The notes: generated from the letters alone by a model not told the origin. Counted from the stretch's first letter, positions 1 through 12,326 are shown. The stretch is 64,000 nt of DNA from Oceanospirillaceae bacterium (GCA_002686055.1 NYZU01000003.1:14259-78258), one strand, 5' to 3'. Translations and numbers: made by a program.

Positions 1-749
1 GTAGTGGTGGTATGAATTCCTTGTTGGTGATATTCCGATAAGGCACTGACCTTTAAACCTGTCCCCGGCAATAAAACATTAACTAATGAAGATTTACCCA
101 CGCCAGATTGCCCAACAAACACACTTACACGTTGGTTAAGGACGGCTAGCAAAGCCTCGAGGCCATCTTGGGTTTTGGTGGAAGCACGAATAACCCGATA
201 GCCTAGTTGTTCATAGCGGGCCAGCATGGGTGCTAGATGGGCTTCCGACTCGGCATCCAATAAATCCGTTTTATTGAGTAAAATAATGGGCTCAATAGCA
301 CTGGCTTCAGCGGCTACTAGATAACGATCTACCAGGTTGGCATAGGTATGGGGTTTGGGGGCAATGGTGACAACAATCTGGTCAATATTGGCAGCAACTG
401 GCTTAAGTTCACCGTATTTATTGGGGCGACTGAGTTCACTATGGCGAGGATCCCTGGCCACAATAACCCCAGTCTGATCAGCGGCCTGACGCCAAGAGAC
501 TTTATCACCAGTGACTAGATGACCTAAATTAGACCGTAGTTTGCATCTGAAAATAGTTCCTTGCTCAGCTTCTACATCGATTTGCGAACCATAATGTGCG
601 ACAATTAAGCCTTGCTGCTCGGGACCTAGATCGCCATGTTCGATAGCTGAGTCGATGGCCTGATCTTGTTTCTGAGCACGGGCGCGGCGCTCGGCCTGCA
701 CCTTCTCAATTTGCCATTTTTGGCGGCGGGTTAACTGTCGTTTTGCCAT
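1..749 (-). CDS. rsgA: Small ribosomal subunit biogenesis GTPase RsgA (3' end outside window)
   Basis: Not in ORF track; manual translation from ATG at 749 gives MAKRQLTRRQKWQIEKVQAER..., with NKTDL, GQSGVGKSSL and GIHTTT GTPase motifs; divergent from orn as usual. Confidence 0.95.
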   Translation of the reverse strand, partial: MAKRQLTRRQKWQIEKVQAERRARAQKQDQAIDSAIEHGDLGPEQQGLIVAHYGSQIDVEAEQGTIFRCKLRSNLGHLVTGDKVSWRQAADQTGVIVARDPRHSELSRPNKYGELKPVAANIDQIVVTIAPKPHTYANLVDRYLVAAEASAIEPIILLNKTDLLDAESEAHLAPMLARYEQLGYRVIRASTKTQDGLEALLAVLNQRVSVFVGQSGVGKSSLVNVLLPGTGLKVSALSEYHQQGIHTTT

Positions 750-866
750 GTAATTGCAATTAGCCTGACTATTTGGGGTTTATTCTACCGCGAAGTGGGG
801 CATAATTCAGGTTTTCGCCCCGATTAAACAAATTTATTGTCATTCATAGCACTACAAGGATATACC

Positions 867-1412
867 ATGGCCAAGCACCCCCATAACCTGATTTGGATTG
901 ATCTGGAAATGACCGGTTTGGATCCAGAAACAGATGTGATTATCGAGATAGCCACCATTGTTACAGATGCCAATCTTAATGTCTTATCCCAAGGGCCATC
1001 TTTAGCCATTCATCAGACGGACGAAGTGCTAGCCAATATGAATCCCTGGTGTATTAAACAGCATGGCCAGTCGGGCTTAACCCAACGAGTTCGGGAGAGT
1101 GACATCTCCACTACTCAGGCTGAACAAATGACCTTAGCATTCTTGCAACAATATGTTGAGGCGGGGGTTTCGCCTATGTGTGGTAACAGTATCGGGCAAG
1201 ATCGACGCTTCTTGGTGAAGTATATGCCTGAGCTGGCAAACTACTTCCATTATCGCAATTTAGATGTCAGTACCTTAAAGGAATTAGCGCGCCGCTGGCA
1301 GCCAGAGTTGTTGGCTGATTTTCATAAGCAAGGTACCCATTTGGCCATGGACGATATTATTGATTCCATTGCTGAACTGGCGTTTTATCGGGAGCGCATG
1401 TTAAAGATTTAA
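867..1412 (+). CDS. orn: Oligoribonuclease
   Basis: [38 protein letters not shown] motifs; start moved to ATG 867 behind AAGGA RBS. Confidence 0.97.
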   Translation: MAKHPHNLIWIDLEMTGLDPETDVIIEIATIVTDANLNVLSQGPSLAIHQTDEVLANMNPWCIKQHGQSGLTQRVRESDISTTQAEQMTLAFLQQYVEAGVSPMCGNSIGQDRRFLVKYMPELANYFHYRNLDVSTLKELARRWQPELLADFHKQGTHLAMDDIIDSIAELAFYRERMLKI

Positions 1413-1477
1413 CTTGGCGTTTGCCGTGGCCTAGTAGCATAGCCAAGTAGCTTAGCCAATTAACTTAGAAAAGTAAC

Positions 1478-2638
1478 TTAACGTAGATGCTTAATTTTGC
1501 GTGCATCCAAGGTGAGTAGGGGTAATGGCTTGAGTGGGATGGCTTGTGCAGCCCGCTCCTCTAACTCCTGTAATGCCCATTGGATATGCTCCTGCACCAT
1601 CCCTGATGTATCCTTTAAGCGTGCCTGTAAAGCCGCAATAGTGGCCGCATTCGCTTGGCCATTGCCAAGGGCGACAGCAATATTGCGTAACCAGCCTTCG
1701 TACCCAGCCCGGCGAATAGGTGAACCTTGGGTGCGTTCGTCAAACTCTTCAGCTGACCAATTAAATAAGCTAATCAGGCTGGCTTGGTCTAGTCCATGGC
1801 GTGGTTTAAAGTCAGATTCTGTTGTGGCTTGGGGGTAGCGGTTCCAAGGGCAGGCTAGTTGGCAATCATCACAACCAAAAATGCGATTGCCCATCAAGGG
1901 TCTAATTGCTTCTGGAATAGCCCCTTTATGCTCAATGGTTAAATAAGCAATGCAACGGTTAGCATCCAATACATAAGGTTCGGGAAAGGCCTTGGTTGGA
2001 CACAGATCCATGCAGGCGCTACAGCGGGAGCAATGATCTTTGTCGTAAGGTTCGTCTGTGGGTAAAGGTAAGTCGATAAAAATTTCGCCCAGTACAAACC
2101 AGGATCCAGTGCGGCGATTAATTAACAGGGTGTTTTTGCCTTGCCAGCCTAGACCAGCTTGTTGCGCCATGGGTTTTTCCATGACTGGCGCACTATCCAC
2201 AAACACCCGATAACCAAAAGGTCCAATTAAGGCCTCCATGGCCTTGGCCATTTGTGCCAAGCGTTTGCGAACTAGCTTGTGATAATCTCTACCCAAAGCA
2301 TAGCGTGCGATATAGCCTTGTTGATCATCTTCTAAGCAACTTTTGGTGGTCAACTGCGGATCCAAATAATGCATGCTAAGGCAGATCACTCTTACGGTAC
2401 CTGGTACTAATTCAGCCGGCCGATAGCGTTTGCTGCCATGGGCTGACATATAATCCATATCGGCATGATAGCCTTGGGTAACCCACTCTTGTAAGCGTTG
2501 GCCAGCAGCTTCTAAATCAGGTTTCACCACACCCATTTCAGCAAACCCAAATTGCTGGGCAAGTTGTTGAATTTGCCCATGTAAACTGTGCAATTGTTGT
2601 TGGCTTAGGGGCGGAGCTTGGGTAGCATTTTCAGACAT
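1478..2638 (-). CDS. queG: Epoxyqueuosine reductase QueG
   Basis: ARYALGRDYHK, VDSAPVMEK, CSRCSACMDLCP and FGCDDCQLACPWN Fe-S motifs. Confidence 0.96.
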   Translation of the reverse strand: MSENATQAPPLSQQQLHSLHGQIQQLAQQFGFAEMGVVKPDLEAAGQRLQEWVTQGYHADMDYMSAHGSKRYRPAELVPGTVRVICLSMHYLDPQLTTKSCLEDDQQGYIARYALGRDYHKLVRKRLAQMAKAMEALIGPFGYRVFVDSAPVMEKPMAQQAGLGWQGKNTLLINRRTGSWFVLGEIFIDLPLPTDEPYDKDHCSRCSACMDLCPTKAFPEPYVLDANRCIAYLTIEHKGAIPEAIRPLMGNRIFGCDDCQLACPWNRYPQATTESDFKPRHGLDQASLISLFNWSAEEFDERTQGSPIRRAGYEGWLRNIAVALGNGQANAATIAALQARLKDTSGMVQEHIQWALQELEERAAQAIPLKPLPLLTLDARKIKHLR

Positions 2639-2754
2639 AGGGATATTTTACCTTGATTTGCTATGGAAAGACTACGCACGAGTGCTTGGACAAGGTATCA
2701 TGGGCGCTGGCTAAAAATATTCCTCAACTAACCCACGGATCCAATACATTTACC

Positions 2755-3240
2755 ATGACCGAACAACTGCTACTAGAAGCGCAAGGAGAGGATGCCATGG
2801 TGGCCCTTGGTCATCACTTGGGCGCTGTTATGCAAGCTAAAGATTCCGGCTTAGTGGTGTTTTTGCAGGGTAATTTAGGTATGGGAAAAACCACCTTAGT
2901 AAGGGGTATAATGCGCTCATTTGGGCATACGGGTGCGGTAAAAAGTCCTACCTATACTTTGGTTGAACCCTACGAGTTTAAGGCCTTGCAAGTTAATCAT
3001 TTTGATCTATATCGCCTTGGTAATGCCGAAGAATTGGAATTTCTTGGTATTCGCGACTATTTTTCTGGCTCAGCCATTAATCTTATCGAGTGGCCAGACA
3101 AAGGTGCGGGTATTCTGCCAACAGCTGATTTAACCATTACGATTACTGGTGCTGGGCCACAAAGGGAATTGTTGTTTGCGGCAAGCAGTCATTCAGCCCA
3201 GAGTTTACTAACACAGCTGCGGGAGGCAAGCCGTGTTTAG
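2755..3240 (+). CDS. tsaE: tRNA threonylcarbamoyladenosine biosynthesis ATPase TsaE
   Basis: GNLGMGKTT Walker A, VKSPTYTLVEPY, HFDLYRL, IEWP; start set at ATG 2755. Confidence 0.96.
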   Translation: MTEQLLLEAQGEDAMVALGHHLGAVMQAKDSGLVVFLQGNLGMGKTTLVRGIMRSFGHTGAVKSPTYTLVEPYEFKALQVNHFDLYRLGNAEELEFLGIRDYFSGSAINLIEWPDKGAGILPTADLTITITGAGPQRELLFAASSHSAQSLLTQLREASRV

Positions 3241-4594
3241 GTTACTATTTCGTGCCATGCTTATCGGCTTATTGTTTGTTGGCGTAAAGAGTTGGGCAGC
3301 AGAGGTAAAAAACGTACGCATTTGGCCAGCGCCAGATAGTACGCGAGTGGTATTTGATATCAGTGCGCCAGTTACCTTTGAAGTCATTCGCCTAATTAAT
3401 CCAGAACGTCTGGTGATTGATATACCTTCAAGTCGACTGCAAGCAGCCTTATCGCAACTGGACTTTACCGGAAGCCCGATTAAAGCCATTAGGCATAGTC
3501 AGCGCCCAAATAATAAACTGCGCTTGGTGCTTGATTTAAAGCATAAGCTAGAAGCCAAATTATTTACTCTTAAGCCTAACCAGTCCTATGGCCATCGTCT
3601 GGTGATTGATTTAAATAACTATCAAGTATCTGGTGCTAAGGTTAGCTCACAGCCTAAGCAGCAAGCGGTAAAAAGCTTGCCCATCATAGATAACCAGCGC
3701 AATATTGTCATTGCTATTGATGCCGGTCATGGTGGCGAGGATCCTGGAGCATTGGGCCCGCGTTTTGATGGTAAAAGATTACGTGAAAAGCATGTAGTTA
3801 TGGCTATTTCTAAGTATCTGCAAAAAGAATTAGATAGTATGCCGGGTTTTGAAAGTGAGCTGCTTCGCAGTGGTGACTATTATATTGGTTTGCGCGATAG
3901 AACCAAAAAAGCCCGTCAGGCGAGTGCTGATTTATTTGTTTCTGTCCACGCTGATGCTTTTACTAATCCTAAGGCTCGTGGTGCTTCGGTATGGACTTTG
4001 TCCAAAAGTGGCGCTTCTAGTGAGATGGGTCGTTGGTTAGCCAGAAAAGAAAACAGCGCTGACCTGATTGGTGGTATTGGTGGGGTCAGCCTCGATGATA
4101 AAGAAGAAGATCTGGCAAAAACCTTACTTGATCTGTCCATGACCCATAGCCAATCAATCAGCCGTGGCATTGCCATTAGTGTGCACCGCCATATTTCAAA
4201 AATGGCGCGGATGCATAAAGATCATGTGGAACGGGCCGGTTTTGCTGTGCTTAAATCGCCAGATATTCCATCTATACTGGTAGAAACGGGGTTTATTTCT
4301 AATCCAGGTGAAGCGGCGAAATTGCGCACGCCTAGTTACCAGAAGAAAATGGCGAAAGCCATTGCGGCTGGAATTAAGGAATATTATTACGCCAACCCCG
4401 TGGCCAATACCTATATCGCAACATTGGTAGCGGCTAAAGGCCAACAATTAACTTACAAAGTGGTTAGGGGTGATACTTTGTCTGAGATTGCTCAGCGCTA
4501 TAATACCAGTATTAGTAAATTGCGTGCGGCCAATAAATTGAATGCTAAGTCTGTTCTGCAGATTGGTCAGTTATTGGTTATTCCTACAGGATAA
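3233..4594 (+). CDS. amiB: N-acetylmuramoyl-L-alanine amidase (AMIN + Amidase_3 + LysM)
   Basis: Signal peptide, [19 protein letters not shown] domain, [28 protein letters not shown]-terminal LysM ([13 protein letters not shown]); located between tsaE and mutL. Confidence 0.93.
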   Translation: MFRLLFRAMLIGLLFVGVKSWAAEVKNVRIWPAPDSTRVVFDISAPVTFEVIRLINPERLVIDIPSSRLQAALSQLDFTGSPIKAIRHSQRPNNKLRLVLDLKHKLEAKLFTLKPNQSYGHRLVIDLNNYQVSGAKVSSQPKQQAVKSLPIIDNQRNIVIAIDAGHGGEDPGALGPRFDGKRLREKHVVMAISKYLQKELDSMPGFESELLRSGDYYIGLRDRTKKARQASADLFVSVHADAFTNPKARGASVWTLSKSGASSEMGRWLARKENSADLIGGIGGVSLDDKEEDLAKTLLDLSMTHSQSISRGIAISVHRHISKMARMHKDHVERAGFAVLKSPDIPSILVETGFISNPGEAAKLRTPSYQKKMAKAIAAGIKEYYYANPVANTYIATLVAAKGQQLTYKVVRGDTLSEIAQRYNTSISKLRAANKLNAKSVLQIGQLLVIPTG

Positions 4595-4596
4595 AT

Positions 4597-6498
4597 ATGA
4601 TGTCCCGAATTCATTTGCTCAGTCCTCGTTTGGCGAATCAGATAGCTGCTGGTGAAGTAGTTGAGCGCCCTGCGTCAGTAGTAAAAGAATTATTGGAAAA
4701 TAGTCTTGATGCTGGTGCCGATACAATTAGTGTTGATGTCGAACAAGGTGGCGTCAAATTAATGCGTATTCGGGATAATGGATGTGGCATTGAAAAGGAC
4801 GATCTTGCCTTATCCCTTAGTCGCCATGCTACTAGTAAAATCAGTAGTTTAGATGACTTAGAGGCGGTCAGTAGTTTAGGTTTCCGTGGTGAGGCCTTAG
4901 CTAGTATCAGTTCTGTGGCACGCCTAACACTCACTTCAAATACAGCACAACAAGATAGTGCTTGGCAGGTATCGACGGCGGGGCGAGATATGGATGCGCA
5001 GTTGCAGCCAGCAGCCCATCCAATAGGCACCACTGTTGAGGTACGAGATCTATTTTTTAATACCCCAGCCAGACGTAAATTTTTGCGTACAGAAAAAACG
5101 GAGTTTGGGCATCTTGAAGAAGTCATAAAACGCCTTGCTCTAAGTCGTATGGATGTGGCCTTCCAACTTAAACATAATGGCAAAGTAATTCATAACTTAC
5201 GTCCGGCACAGCAACAGGCGGCGCAAGAAAAGCGGGTCGCCAGTGTTTGTGGGCCAAATTTTATGCCTCAAGCCGTGCATATTGAAATGGAGGCACCAGG
5301 CTTGCGTATCTGGGGTTGGGTAGGTCTACCCACCTTCTCTCGCAGTCAGGCGGATTTGCAATATTTCTTTGTTAATGGACGCGTGGTAAAAGATAAGTTG
5401 GTTAGTCATGCTGTACGTCAGGCCTATCGTGATGTGCTTTATCATGGCCGTCATCCTGCTTTTGTCTTGTATCTAGAATTAGATGCGGCCACCGTAGATG
5501 TGAATGTGCACCCCACCAAAAATGAAGTACGTTTTCGTGATGGCCGCCTAGTGCACGACTTTATCTTCCGCTCCTTGCATAAATCCCTAGCTGATGTCCG
5601 CCCTGAAGTGCCAACGGGGGGAGGCTTACATGAGCTAGGCATACCGTCAGCAAGTCAGCCAGATATGGGCTTGGCAGCGGGTGTGTTTGCGGGGCAAAGT
5701 AATCTGGCCATGGGGGTAGGTAACGATCATGGCAGCCTACCTAGTGGTAGCGCAGGCAGCTTTTCTGGTTATCGATCTGCTTTGTCCAGCACCAACCCTC
5801 AACAGATGCAGGAGCAGGCACAAGTCTATGGCCAACTGCATGGTCAGCAGGTGGCCGGGGACATGGCGGCGCCCACTAGTGAGCAAGTTGATATGGCTAC
5901 AGGAGAGGTGATTATTCCGCCTCTGGGTTTTGCTATTGCACAATTACATGGCATATATATCCTCGCAGAAAATGCGCAGGGCTTAATTTTAGTTGATATG
6001 CATGCTGCCCATGAGCGCATTGTTTATGAGCAAATGAAAACTGGTCTTAATGATCAGGGTGTTAGGGCGCAACCTTTGTTAGTGCCTTTATCTATAGCTG
6101 TCAGTAGTCGTGAAGCAGATCATGTTGAAAGCTGTAATGATGCCTTTGCGGAGCTGGGCCTATTAATTGACCGTGCCGGTACAGAGACACTGATAGTGCG
6201 GCAAGTGCCGAGTGTGTTGCAGCATGCCAATATTGAGCAATTAGTCCGTGATGTATTAGCTGATGTAGTAACCTTTGGCAGTAGTGATCGGATTCGCGCT
6301 GCCCATAACGAGTTGTTAGGCACTATGGCCTGCCATGGCGCAGTGCGAGCCAATCGCAAGCTATCTATAACTGAAATGAATGCTCTGTTACGTGATATGG
6401 AACACACCGAGCGGAGCGGTCAATGTAATCATGGTCGCCCCACTTGGACTCAGTTAAATCTATCAGAGTTAGATAAGCTGTTTTTGCGAGGCCAATAA
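4597..6498 (+). CDS. mutL: DNA mismatch repair protein MutL
   Basis: [38 protein letters not shown], endonuclease motif [19 protein letters not shown]. Confidence 0.98.
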   Translation: MMSRIHLLSPRLANQIAAGEVVERPASVVKELLENSLDAGADTISVDVEQGGVKLMRIRDNGCGIEKDDLALSLSRHATSKISSLDDLEAVSSLGFRGEALASISSVARLTLTSNTAQQDSAWQVSTAGRDMDAQLQPAAHPIGTTVEVRDLFFNTPARRKFLRTEKTEFGHLEEVIKRLALSRMDVAFQLKHNGKVIHNLRPAQQQAAQEKRVASVCGPNFMPQAVHIEMEAPGLRIWGWVGLPTFSRSQADLQYFFVNGRVVKDKLVSHAVRQAYRDVLYHGRHPAFVLYLELDAATVDVNVHPTKNEVRFRDGRLVHDFIFRSLHKSLADVRPEVPTGGGLHELGIPSASQPDMGLAAGVFAGQSNLAMGVGNDHGSLPSGSAGSFSGYRSALSSTNPQQMQEQAQVYGQLHGQQVAGDMAAPTSEQVDMATGEVIIPPLGFAIAQLHGIYILAENAQGLILVDMHAAHERIVYEQMKTGLNDQGVRAQPLLVPLSIAVSSREADHVESCNDAFAELGLLIDRAGTETLIVRQVPSVLQHANIEQLVRDVLADVVTFGSSDRIRAAHNELLGTMACHGAVRANRKLSITEMNALLRDMEHTERSGQCNHGRPTWTQLNLSELDKLFLRGQ

Positions 6499-7430
6499 TG
6501 AGCCCTATGTTACCCCCAGCTGTATTTTTAATGGGGCCTACTGCTGCTGGTAAAACAGATCTAGCCGTAGCCTTGGCACAACATCAAAACTGCGAAATTA
6601 TCTCAGTTGATTCAGCACTTATATATCGTGGTATGGATATTGGCAGTGCGAAACCTGATGCCGCCACCTTAGACTTGGCGCCCCATCATTTACTCGATAT
6701 ACGTGAACCCTCAGCCTCCTATTCAGTTGCTGAGTTTTGTGCCGACGCATTGGCATTAATGGCGGATATTACTGCTCGAGGCAAAGTGCCCTTGCTAGTT
6801 GGTGGCACGATGATGTACTACAAGGCCTTAATGGATGGTTTAGCGGACTTGCCGGCTTCTGATGCCGATATACGCCAGCAACTTGAAGCTGATGCGGCTG
6901 CGCTTGGCATACCTGCTCTGCATGCGCGTTTAGCTAAGGTGGACCCCATAGCCGCTCAGCGTTTACATAATACTGATAGCCAGCGGGTGTTACGTGCTCT
7001 AGAAGTTTATCAACTTACTGGAGAGGCTTTGAGTAGCCATTGGGCTCGCCAAGCAGATTATAGTTTGCCTTATAAAGTTACTTCTATTGGTATCTGGCCG
7101 CCTGAGCGAGGCATTTTACATGAGCGCATAGAGCAACGTTTTCAACTCATGTTGGAGCAAGGTTTTGAGCAAGAAGTGGTGGCTTTGCGTGACCGTGGCG
7201 ACTTAGATTTATCAATGCCGTCTATGCGTTGTGTCGGATATCGGCAAATGTGGCAATATCTTGATGGCGACTATAATTATGAGACTATGATCCATAAAGG
7301 TGTGGTTGCAACAAGACAATTAGCTAAAAGGCAGCTAACTTGGTTAAGAAAATGGCCTGATTTACACTATATTGACAGTATGGAGACAAAATTAGCATTC
7401 ACTGTTTCACAAATATTCGATAGAATGTAA
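6498..7430 (+). CDS. miaA: tRNA dimethylallyltransferase
   Basis: [45 protein letters not shown]. Confidence 0.97.
   Translation: MSPMLPPAVFLMGPTAAGKTDLAVALAQHQNCEIISVDSALIYRGMDIGSAKPDAATLDLAPHHLLDIREPSASYSVAEFCADALALMADITARGKVPLLVGGTMMYYKALMDGLADLPASDADIRQQLEADAAALGIPALHARLAKVDPIAAQRLHNTDSQRVLRALEVYQLTGEALSSHWARQADYSLPYKVTSIGIWPPERGILHERIEQRFQLMLEQGFEQEVVALRDRGDLDLSMPSMRCVGYRQMWQYLDGDYNYETMIHKGVVATRQLAKRQLTWLRKWPDLHYIDSMETKLAFTVSQIFDRM
7398..7426 (+). promoter_or_regulatory. Putative sigma70 promoter for hfq within the miaA 3' end
   Basis: TTCACT-17 bp-TAGAAT about 120 bp upstream of hfq. Confidence 0.4.
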
Positions 7431-7519
7431 AGATGAAAATTAACGACTAAGCTTAATATGTTAATTTTCGCTGTAACAGCTATTTTGTTGCATGCTGTGT
7501 GCACTTTCCATAGGTGTAA

Positions 7520-7777
<258 letters not shown>

Positions 7778-7877
7778 ATTTTTTCAGTGTATAGACGCCA
7801 CAATAAGCATCAATTTATTGGTGCTTTTGTCATTAAACGAGCACCTTTGGGTGCTCGATTACATTTAGGTCAAACTA

Positions 7878-9188
7878 TTGTTTTTTGAACGTCATGACGG
7901 CGGCGAACGCGCCATCCTGGTCCACATGGAAATGGGACAGGAGGGTGAACGTGAGGATGCCAACGAATTAAAGGAATTGGTTCTTTCGGCTGGAGCTGAC
8001 CCCATCGTAATGATTGGTGGTGCGCGCTCCCATCCCCATCCAAAAACCTATGTTGGTTCTGGCAAAGTGGCGGAAATAAGTCACGCTGTTAGTGAGCATC
8101 AAGCAGAGATTGTGATATTTAATCACACTCTTAGTCCTGGCCAAGAACGCAATCTAGAAAAGGAATTTCAATGCCGAGTACTGGATCGTACGGGGTTAAT
8201 TCTGGATATCTTCGCCCAACGTGCTCGTACTCACGAAGGTAAGTTGCAAGTTGAGTTAGCGCAGTTAGAACATATGTCCACGCGCTTGGTACGTGGTTGG
8301 ACCCACTTAGAACGTCAAAAAGGTGGTATTGGTCTGCGTGGCCCAGGTGAAACGCAATTAGAGACCGACCGGCGTTTATTAAGGGCTCGAATTACTTCCA
8401 TTCTTAAGCGTTTACAAAAGGTTCGTAAGCAGCGTGAGCAAGGGCGACGTTCGCGGCGCCGGGCAGAAGTGCCCACCCTATCCTTAGTGGGATATACTAA
8501 CGCCGGTAAGTCCAGTTTGTTTAATCGCATTACTGTTGCTGACGTTTATGCTGCGGATCAATTATTCGCTACTTTGGATCCAACCTTTAGACGTCTTGAA
8601 ATTACTGATGTGGGCCCCACTATATTGGTTGATACAGTTGGTTTTATCCGCCATCTGCCCCATAAACTAGTAGATGCCTTTCGAGCCACTCTACAGGAAA
8701 CAGCAGAAGCATCACTGCTGTTGCATGTGGTAGATGCCAGTGATGAAATGCGAGATGACAATATTGCTGAAGTAAATGATGTCTTGCAGGAAATTGATGC
8801 CATAGGATTGCCAACATTGTTGGTTTACAACAAAATAGACATGCTGTCTGATACACCACCACGCATTGATTATAATGCCCAAGGTAAACCAGAGAGAGTG
8901 TGGCTATCGGCTCTCACGGGCGAAGGTAGTGAGCTATTGTTGCAGGCTATTCAGGAGTTGTTAGGTGATGATATGTACACCGGCCAACTAACTCTGCAAC
9001 CGGGTCAAGGACAAATGCGGGCACAAATGTACTCGCATAATGCGGTGCAGCAAGAGAAGATTGATGATGTTGGCAATATGGTATTGGATATCCGTTTGCC
9101 AAAGAAAGAGTTTTTACAAATACTTAACCGACTTGGTATGGACCCTGAGCCGTTTGTGGGTAAACCCAAACAGCCTTGGGAACACTAG
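7878..9188 (+). CDS. hflX: Ribosome rescue GTPase HflX
   Basis: LDIFAQRARTHEGKLQVELAQL, GPGETQLETDRR, GYTNAGKS, DTVGFI; TTG start. Confidence 0.98.
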   Translation: MFFERHDGGERAILVHMEMGQEGEREDANELKELVLSAGADPIVMIGGARSHPHPKTYVGSGKVAEISHAVSEHQAEIVIFNHTLSPGQERNLEKEFQCRVLDRTGLILDIFAQRARTHEGKLQVELAQLEHMSTRLVRGWTHLERQKGGIGLRGPGETQLETDRRLLRARITSILKRLQKVRKQREQGRRSRRRAEVPTLSLVGYTNAGKSSLFNRITVADVYAADQLFATLDPTFRRLEITDVGPTILVDTVGFIRHLPHKLVDAFRATLQETAEASLLLHVVDASDEMRDDNIAEVNDVLQEIDAIGLPTLLVYNKIDMLSDTPPRIDYNAQGKPERVWLSALTGEGSELLLQAIQELLGDDMYTGQLTLQPGQGQMRAQMYSHNAVQQEKIDDVGNMVLDIRLPKKEFLQILNRLGMDPEPFVGKPKQPWEH

Positions 9189-9218
9189 ATTAATTGTTAG
9201 CCTCTAAAGGAGACGACT

Positions 9219-10400
9219 ATGGCCTGGAATGAACCGGGTAATAACGGCAAGGATCAAGATCCTTGGGGAAATCGTGGCTCAGGTGGGTCAAATCAGGGGC
9301 CACCTGATTTAGATGAAGCCTTGGGTAAGTTAGTAGATAAAGTTAATGGCCTGTTTGGTGGCAGTGGTGGCAAACGCAATAGCGGTGGCCAAGAGCCAGC
9401 TGCTCCAGCACCGAGTGGCAAGCTAATCCTGGTCATCCTCGCAGTAGTTGCTGTGGTTTGGTCAGGTATGGGCTTCTATACCGTCGATCAGCAAGAACGT
9501 GCGGTGGTATTGCGCTTGGGTAAATTCTTGGAAACAGTTGAGCCTGGCCTGCAGTGGAACCCGCCTCTAGTGGATGACGTAACCAAAGTAAATGTAACGG
9601 CGGTACGTAACCATGATCATGTTTCACTGATGCTGACCAAAGACGAGAATATCGTTGAAGTTGGCTTGTCTGTACAGTATGTGGTTTCTAATCCAAAAGA
9701 TTTTCAGCTAGAAGTAAGATCACCTGAAAATAGTTTGGCGCAGGCGACTGAATCTGCGCTACGACATGTGGTGGGTAGCTCGAAGATGGATGATGTGCTT
9801 ACTGAGGGTCGTGCAATATTAGCCGATCAGGTGCAAGCACGTTTGCAGGATTATCTAGACAGTTACCAAACGGGTCTAGAAGTTAGCAAGGTCAACATCG
9901 AAAACACCAGTGCACCATCACAAGTACAAGATGCTTTTGATGATGTTATCAAGGCTCGTGAAGATGAGCAGCGGGTGAAGAACGAAGCTCAAACTTATGC
10001 CAACGGCATCGTGCCTGAAGCGCGTGGTAAAGCGCAGCGCATGATGGAAGAAGCAAGCGCCTACCGTGAAGAGGTGGTGGCCAGAGCAGAGGGTGAAGCG
10101 ACGCGTTTCAGTAAACTATTAGCTGAATACCAAAAAGCCCCAGAAGTAACCCGCGAGCGTTTATATCTAGTGGCCATGGAAGATGTACTATCAAACAGCA
10201 ATAAGGTGTTGGTAGATGTCGATGGTGGTAACAATATGATGGTATTACCACTGGATCAAATTATGAGCAGTGCTAAGCGCGGCACCAATAGCTTTGGTGG
10301 TGCAGCAACGAGTGCGGATATAGACGAAATAACTAATCAGGTTATTCAAGAGCTAGGCACCCGCACAACTACTCGTATCAGCACAAGGGAGAGCCGTTAA
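9219..10400 (+). CDS. hflK: FtsH protease modulator HflK
   Basis: MAWNEPG...DPWG...GPPDLDE N-terminus, SPFH domain, APEVTRERLY. Confidence 0.97.
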   Translation: MAWNEPGNNGKDQDPWGNRGSGGSNQGPPDLDEALGKLVDKVNGLFGGSGGKRNSGGQEPAAPAPSGKLILVILAVVAVVWSGMGFYTVDQQERAVVLRLGKFLETVEPGLQWNPPLVDDVTKVNVTAVRNHDHVSLMLTKDENIVEVGLSVQYVVSNPKDFQLEVRSPENSLAQATESALRHVVGSSKMDDVLTEGRAILADQVQARLQDYLDSYQTGLEVSKVNIENTSAPSQVQDAFDDVIKAREDEQRVKNEAQTYANGIVPEARGKAQRMMEEASAYREEVVARAEGEATRFSKLLAEYQKAPEVTRERLYLVAMEDVLSNSNKVLVDVDGGNNMMVLPLDQIMSSAKRGTNSFGGAATSADIDEITNQVIQELGTRTTTRISTRESR

Positions 10401-10401
10401 T

Positions 10402-11274
10402 ATGACTTCTCGTACATTACTTAGCCTAGTTGGCTTATTTGTTGCCCTGCTGATTGCTTCTTCCTCTATTTTTGTAGTGAAGGAAACGGAACGTGCGATT
10501 ATGCTTCGTTTTGGTGAAGTAGTGCAGTTTGATATTAAACCGGGTCTGCATTTTAAGATTCCTTTTGTGAACACTGTGCGCAAGTTTGATGCGCGAGTGC
10601 TTACCCTTGATGCCCGCCCTCAGCGTTATCTAACCATGGAAAAGAAGGGTCTGATTGTTGATTCTTTTGTGAAATGGCGTATTCAAAATGTTGCGGATTA
10701 CTACACGGCAACTTCAGGTATCGAAAATACCGCAGCCAAGTTATTGGCATCCCGTGTTGATACCGGCCTGCGTAACCAGTTTGGTGAACGAACCCTGACC
10801 GAGGTTGTGTCCGGTGAACGTGACGAATTGATGAATGAGTTACGTGAAGAACTGAATATGGTGGTGATTGCCGATATGGGTATTGAAGTGGTGGACGTGC
10901 GGGTAAAACGCATTGACCTACCACAGGAAGTAAGTCAATCGGTATATGATCGTATGCGCACTGAGCGGGAGCGTGAAGCACGTGAATTACGTTCAGAGGG
11001 TAAAGAGAAAGCAGAAGGTATTCGTGCCGATGCTGATCGCCAACGTACGGTTATTATGGCCAACGCTTACCGTGAGGCTGAACTTATCCGCGGTGATGGT
11101 GATGCTGTAGCCGCTGCTACCTATGCTGAGTCATATAACGAAGATCCTGAGTTCTATAGCTTCTATCGTAGTTTAGATGCCTACCGTAAAACCTTTGGTA
11201 ATGGTGGCGATATTATGCTGGTTGAGCCTGATAGTGAGTTCTTTAAGTATCTTGGTCAGTCACAGGCAAAGTAA
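10402..11274 (+). CDS. hflC: FtsH protease modulator HflC
   Basis: PGLHFKIPF, VYDRMRTERERE, DPEFYSFYRSL; follows hflK. Confidence 0.97.
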   Translation: MTSRTLLSLVGLFVALLIASSSIFVVKETERAIMLRFGEVVQFDIKPGLHFKIPFVNTVRKFDARVLTLDARPQRYLTMEKKGLIVDSFVKWRIQNVADYYTATSGIENTAAKLLASRVDTGLRNQFGERTLTEVVSGERDELMNELREELNMVVIADMGIEVVDVRVKRIDLPQEVSQSVYDRMRTEREREARELRSEGKEKAEGIRADADRQRTVIMANAYREAELIRGDGDAVAAATYAESYNEDPEFYSFYRSLDAYRKTFGNGGDIMLVEPDSEFFKYLGQSQAK

Positions 11275-11326
11275 CTCAATAAGTGATTTCTCGCTCGATA
11301 ATAAGGGCTAGGAAAAAACACTAAAT

Positions 11327-11380
11327 AAGGGGACCGGTTTTTTTGGCCAGTAATTGCCAAAAGCACCTGTCCCTTTTTTT
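11327..11380 (+). terminator. Probable rho-independent terminator after hflC
   Basis: Imperfect hairpin AAGGGGAC...TTTTGGC-loop-GCCAAAA...GTCCCTT followed by a T run. Confidence 0.55.
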
Positions 11381-11424
11381 GTGGGCTGGCCATAAAGCCA
11401 GTGAAAATAGGCTATTATTTAACC

Positions 11425-12321
11425 ATGAAAACCAATTTCATTCCCGAAATTCAGGACTACTTGCAGTCTCTATGGTTAGCTAAGGGGTTAAGCGATAACA
11501 CTTTAGAAAACTATGGTCGAGATTTGACGCGGTTCAATAAATGGTTACAACCACAAGGCCGGCGTTTGGTTGAAGCTCGGGATATGGATGTTTTGGGCTA
11601 CCTTGCCGACCTCACCACCTCTGGTGCTAAGCCAGCTAGCGTGGCCCGGCATTTATCTTGTTTAAAGGGCTATTTTCGTACCCAAGTTAGGGATCAAGGC
11701 CTAGCAGTTGATCCAACGGCGCTGATACAAGCGCCTAAGTTGGGCCGGCCCTTGCCGAAATCCTTAACAGAAGCAGAAGTAGAAGCTTTATTAGGAGCGC
11801 CAGATACTCAGACGGCATTAGGCTTACGTGATCGGGCTATGTTAGAACTGCTTTATGCGAGTGGATTAAGGGTGAGTGAGCTTGTGGGTTTGGAAACCAG
11901 TCAGGTCAAACTAAGTCTTGGCTTAGTACAAGTGATGGGTAAGGGTTCGAAAGAGCGCTTAGTGCCTATGGGGCAGGCTGCTCAGGATTGGCTTGAGCGT
12001 TATTTAAAAACCGCCCGCGTGGAACTGTTAGGGAACAGCGTGAAAAGTGTGCTATTTCCAAGCCAGAGGGGAACCCAGATGACGCGGCAGACATTTTGGC
12101 ATCGTATTAAGTTGCATGCTCAGACGGCGGGTATTGCCAAGCCACTGTCTCCCCATGTGGTGCGCCACGCCTTTGCTACCCATTTATTAAACCATGGTGC
12201 TGATTTACGAGTGATCCAAATGTTGCTGGGTCATAGTGATTTATCCACTACACAAATATATACTCATGTAGCCAACCATCGCTTACAGGCGCTGCATCAA
12301 CAACATCACCCTCGAGGTTAA
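11425..12321 (+). CDS. xerD: Site-specific tyrosine recombinase XerD
   Basis: RDRAMLELLYASGLRVSEL, GKGSKERLVP, TRQTFWHRIK, SPHVVRHAFATHLLNHGADLRVIQMLLGH..TTQIYTHV; upstream of dsbC. Confidence 0.96.
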   Translation: MKTNFIPEIQDYLQSLWLAKGLSDNTLENYGRDLTRFNKWLQPQGRRLVEARDMDVLGYLADLTTSGAKPASVARHLSCLKGYFRTQVRDQGLAVDPTALIQAPKLGRPLPKSLTEAEVEALLGAPDTQTALGLRDRAMLELLYASGLRVSELVGLETSQVKLSLGLVQVMGKGSKERLVPMGQAAQDWLERYLKTARVELLGNSVKSVLFPSQRGTQMTRQTFWHRIKLHAQTAGIAKPLSPHVVRHAFATHLLNHGADLRVIQMLLGHSDLSTTQIYTHVANHRLQALHQQHHPRG

Positions 12322-12326
12322 CAATT

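Noticed and set aside
11425-12321. Tyrosine recombinase as the integrase of a mobile element carrying the MMPL cassette
   Set aside because: XerD-specific motifs and the xerD-dsbC linkage identify it as the chromosomal XerD.
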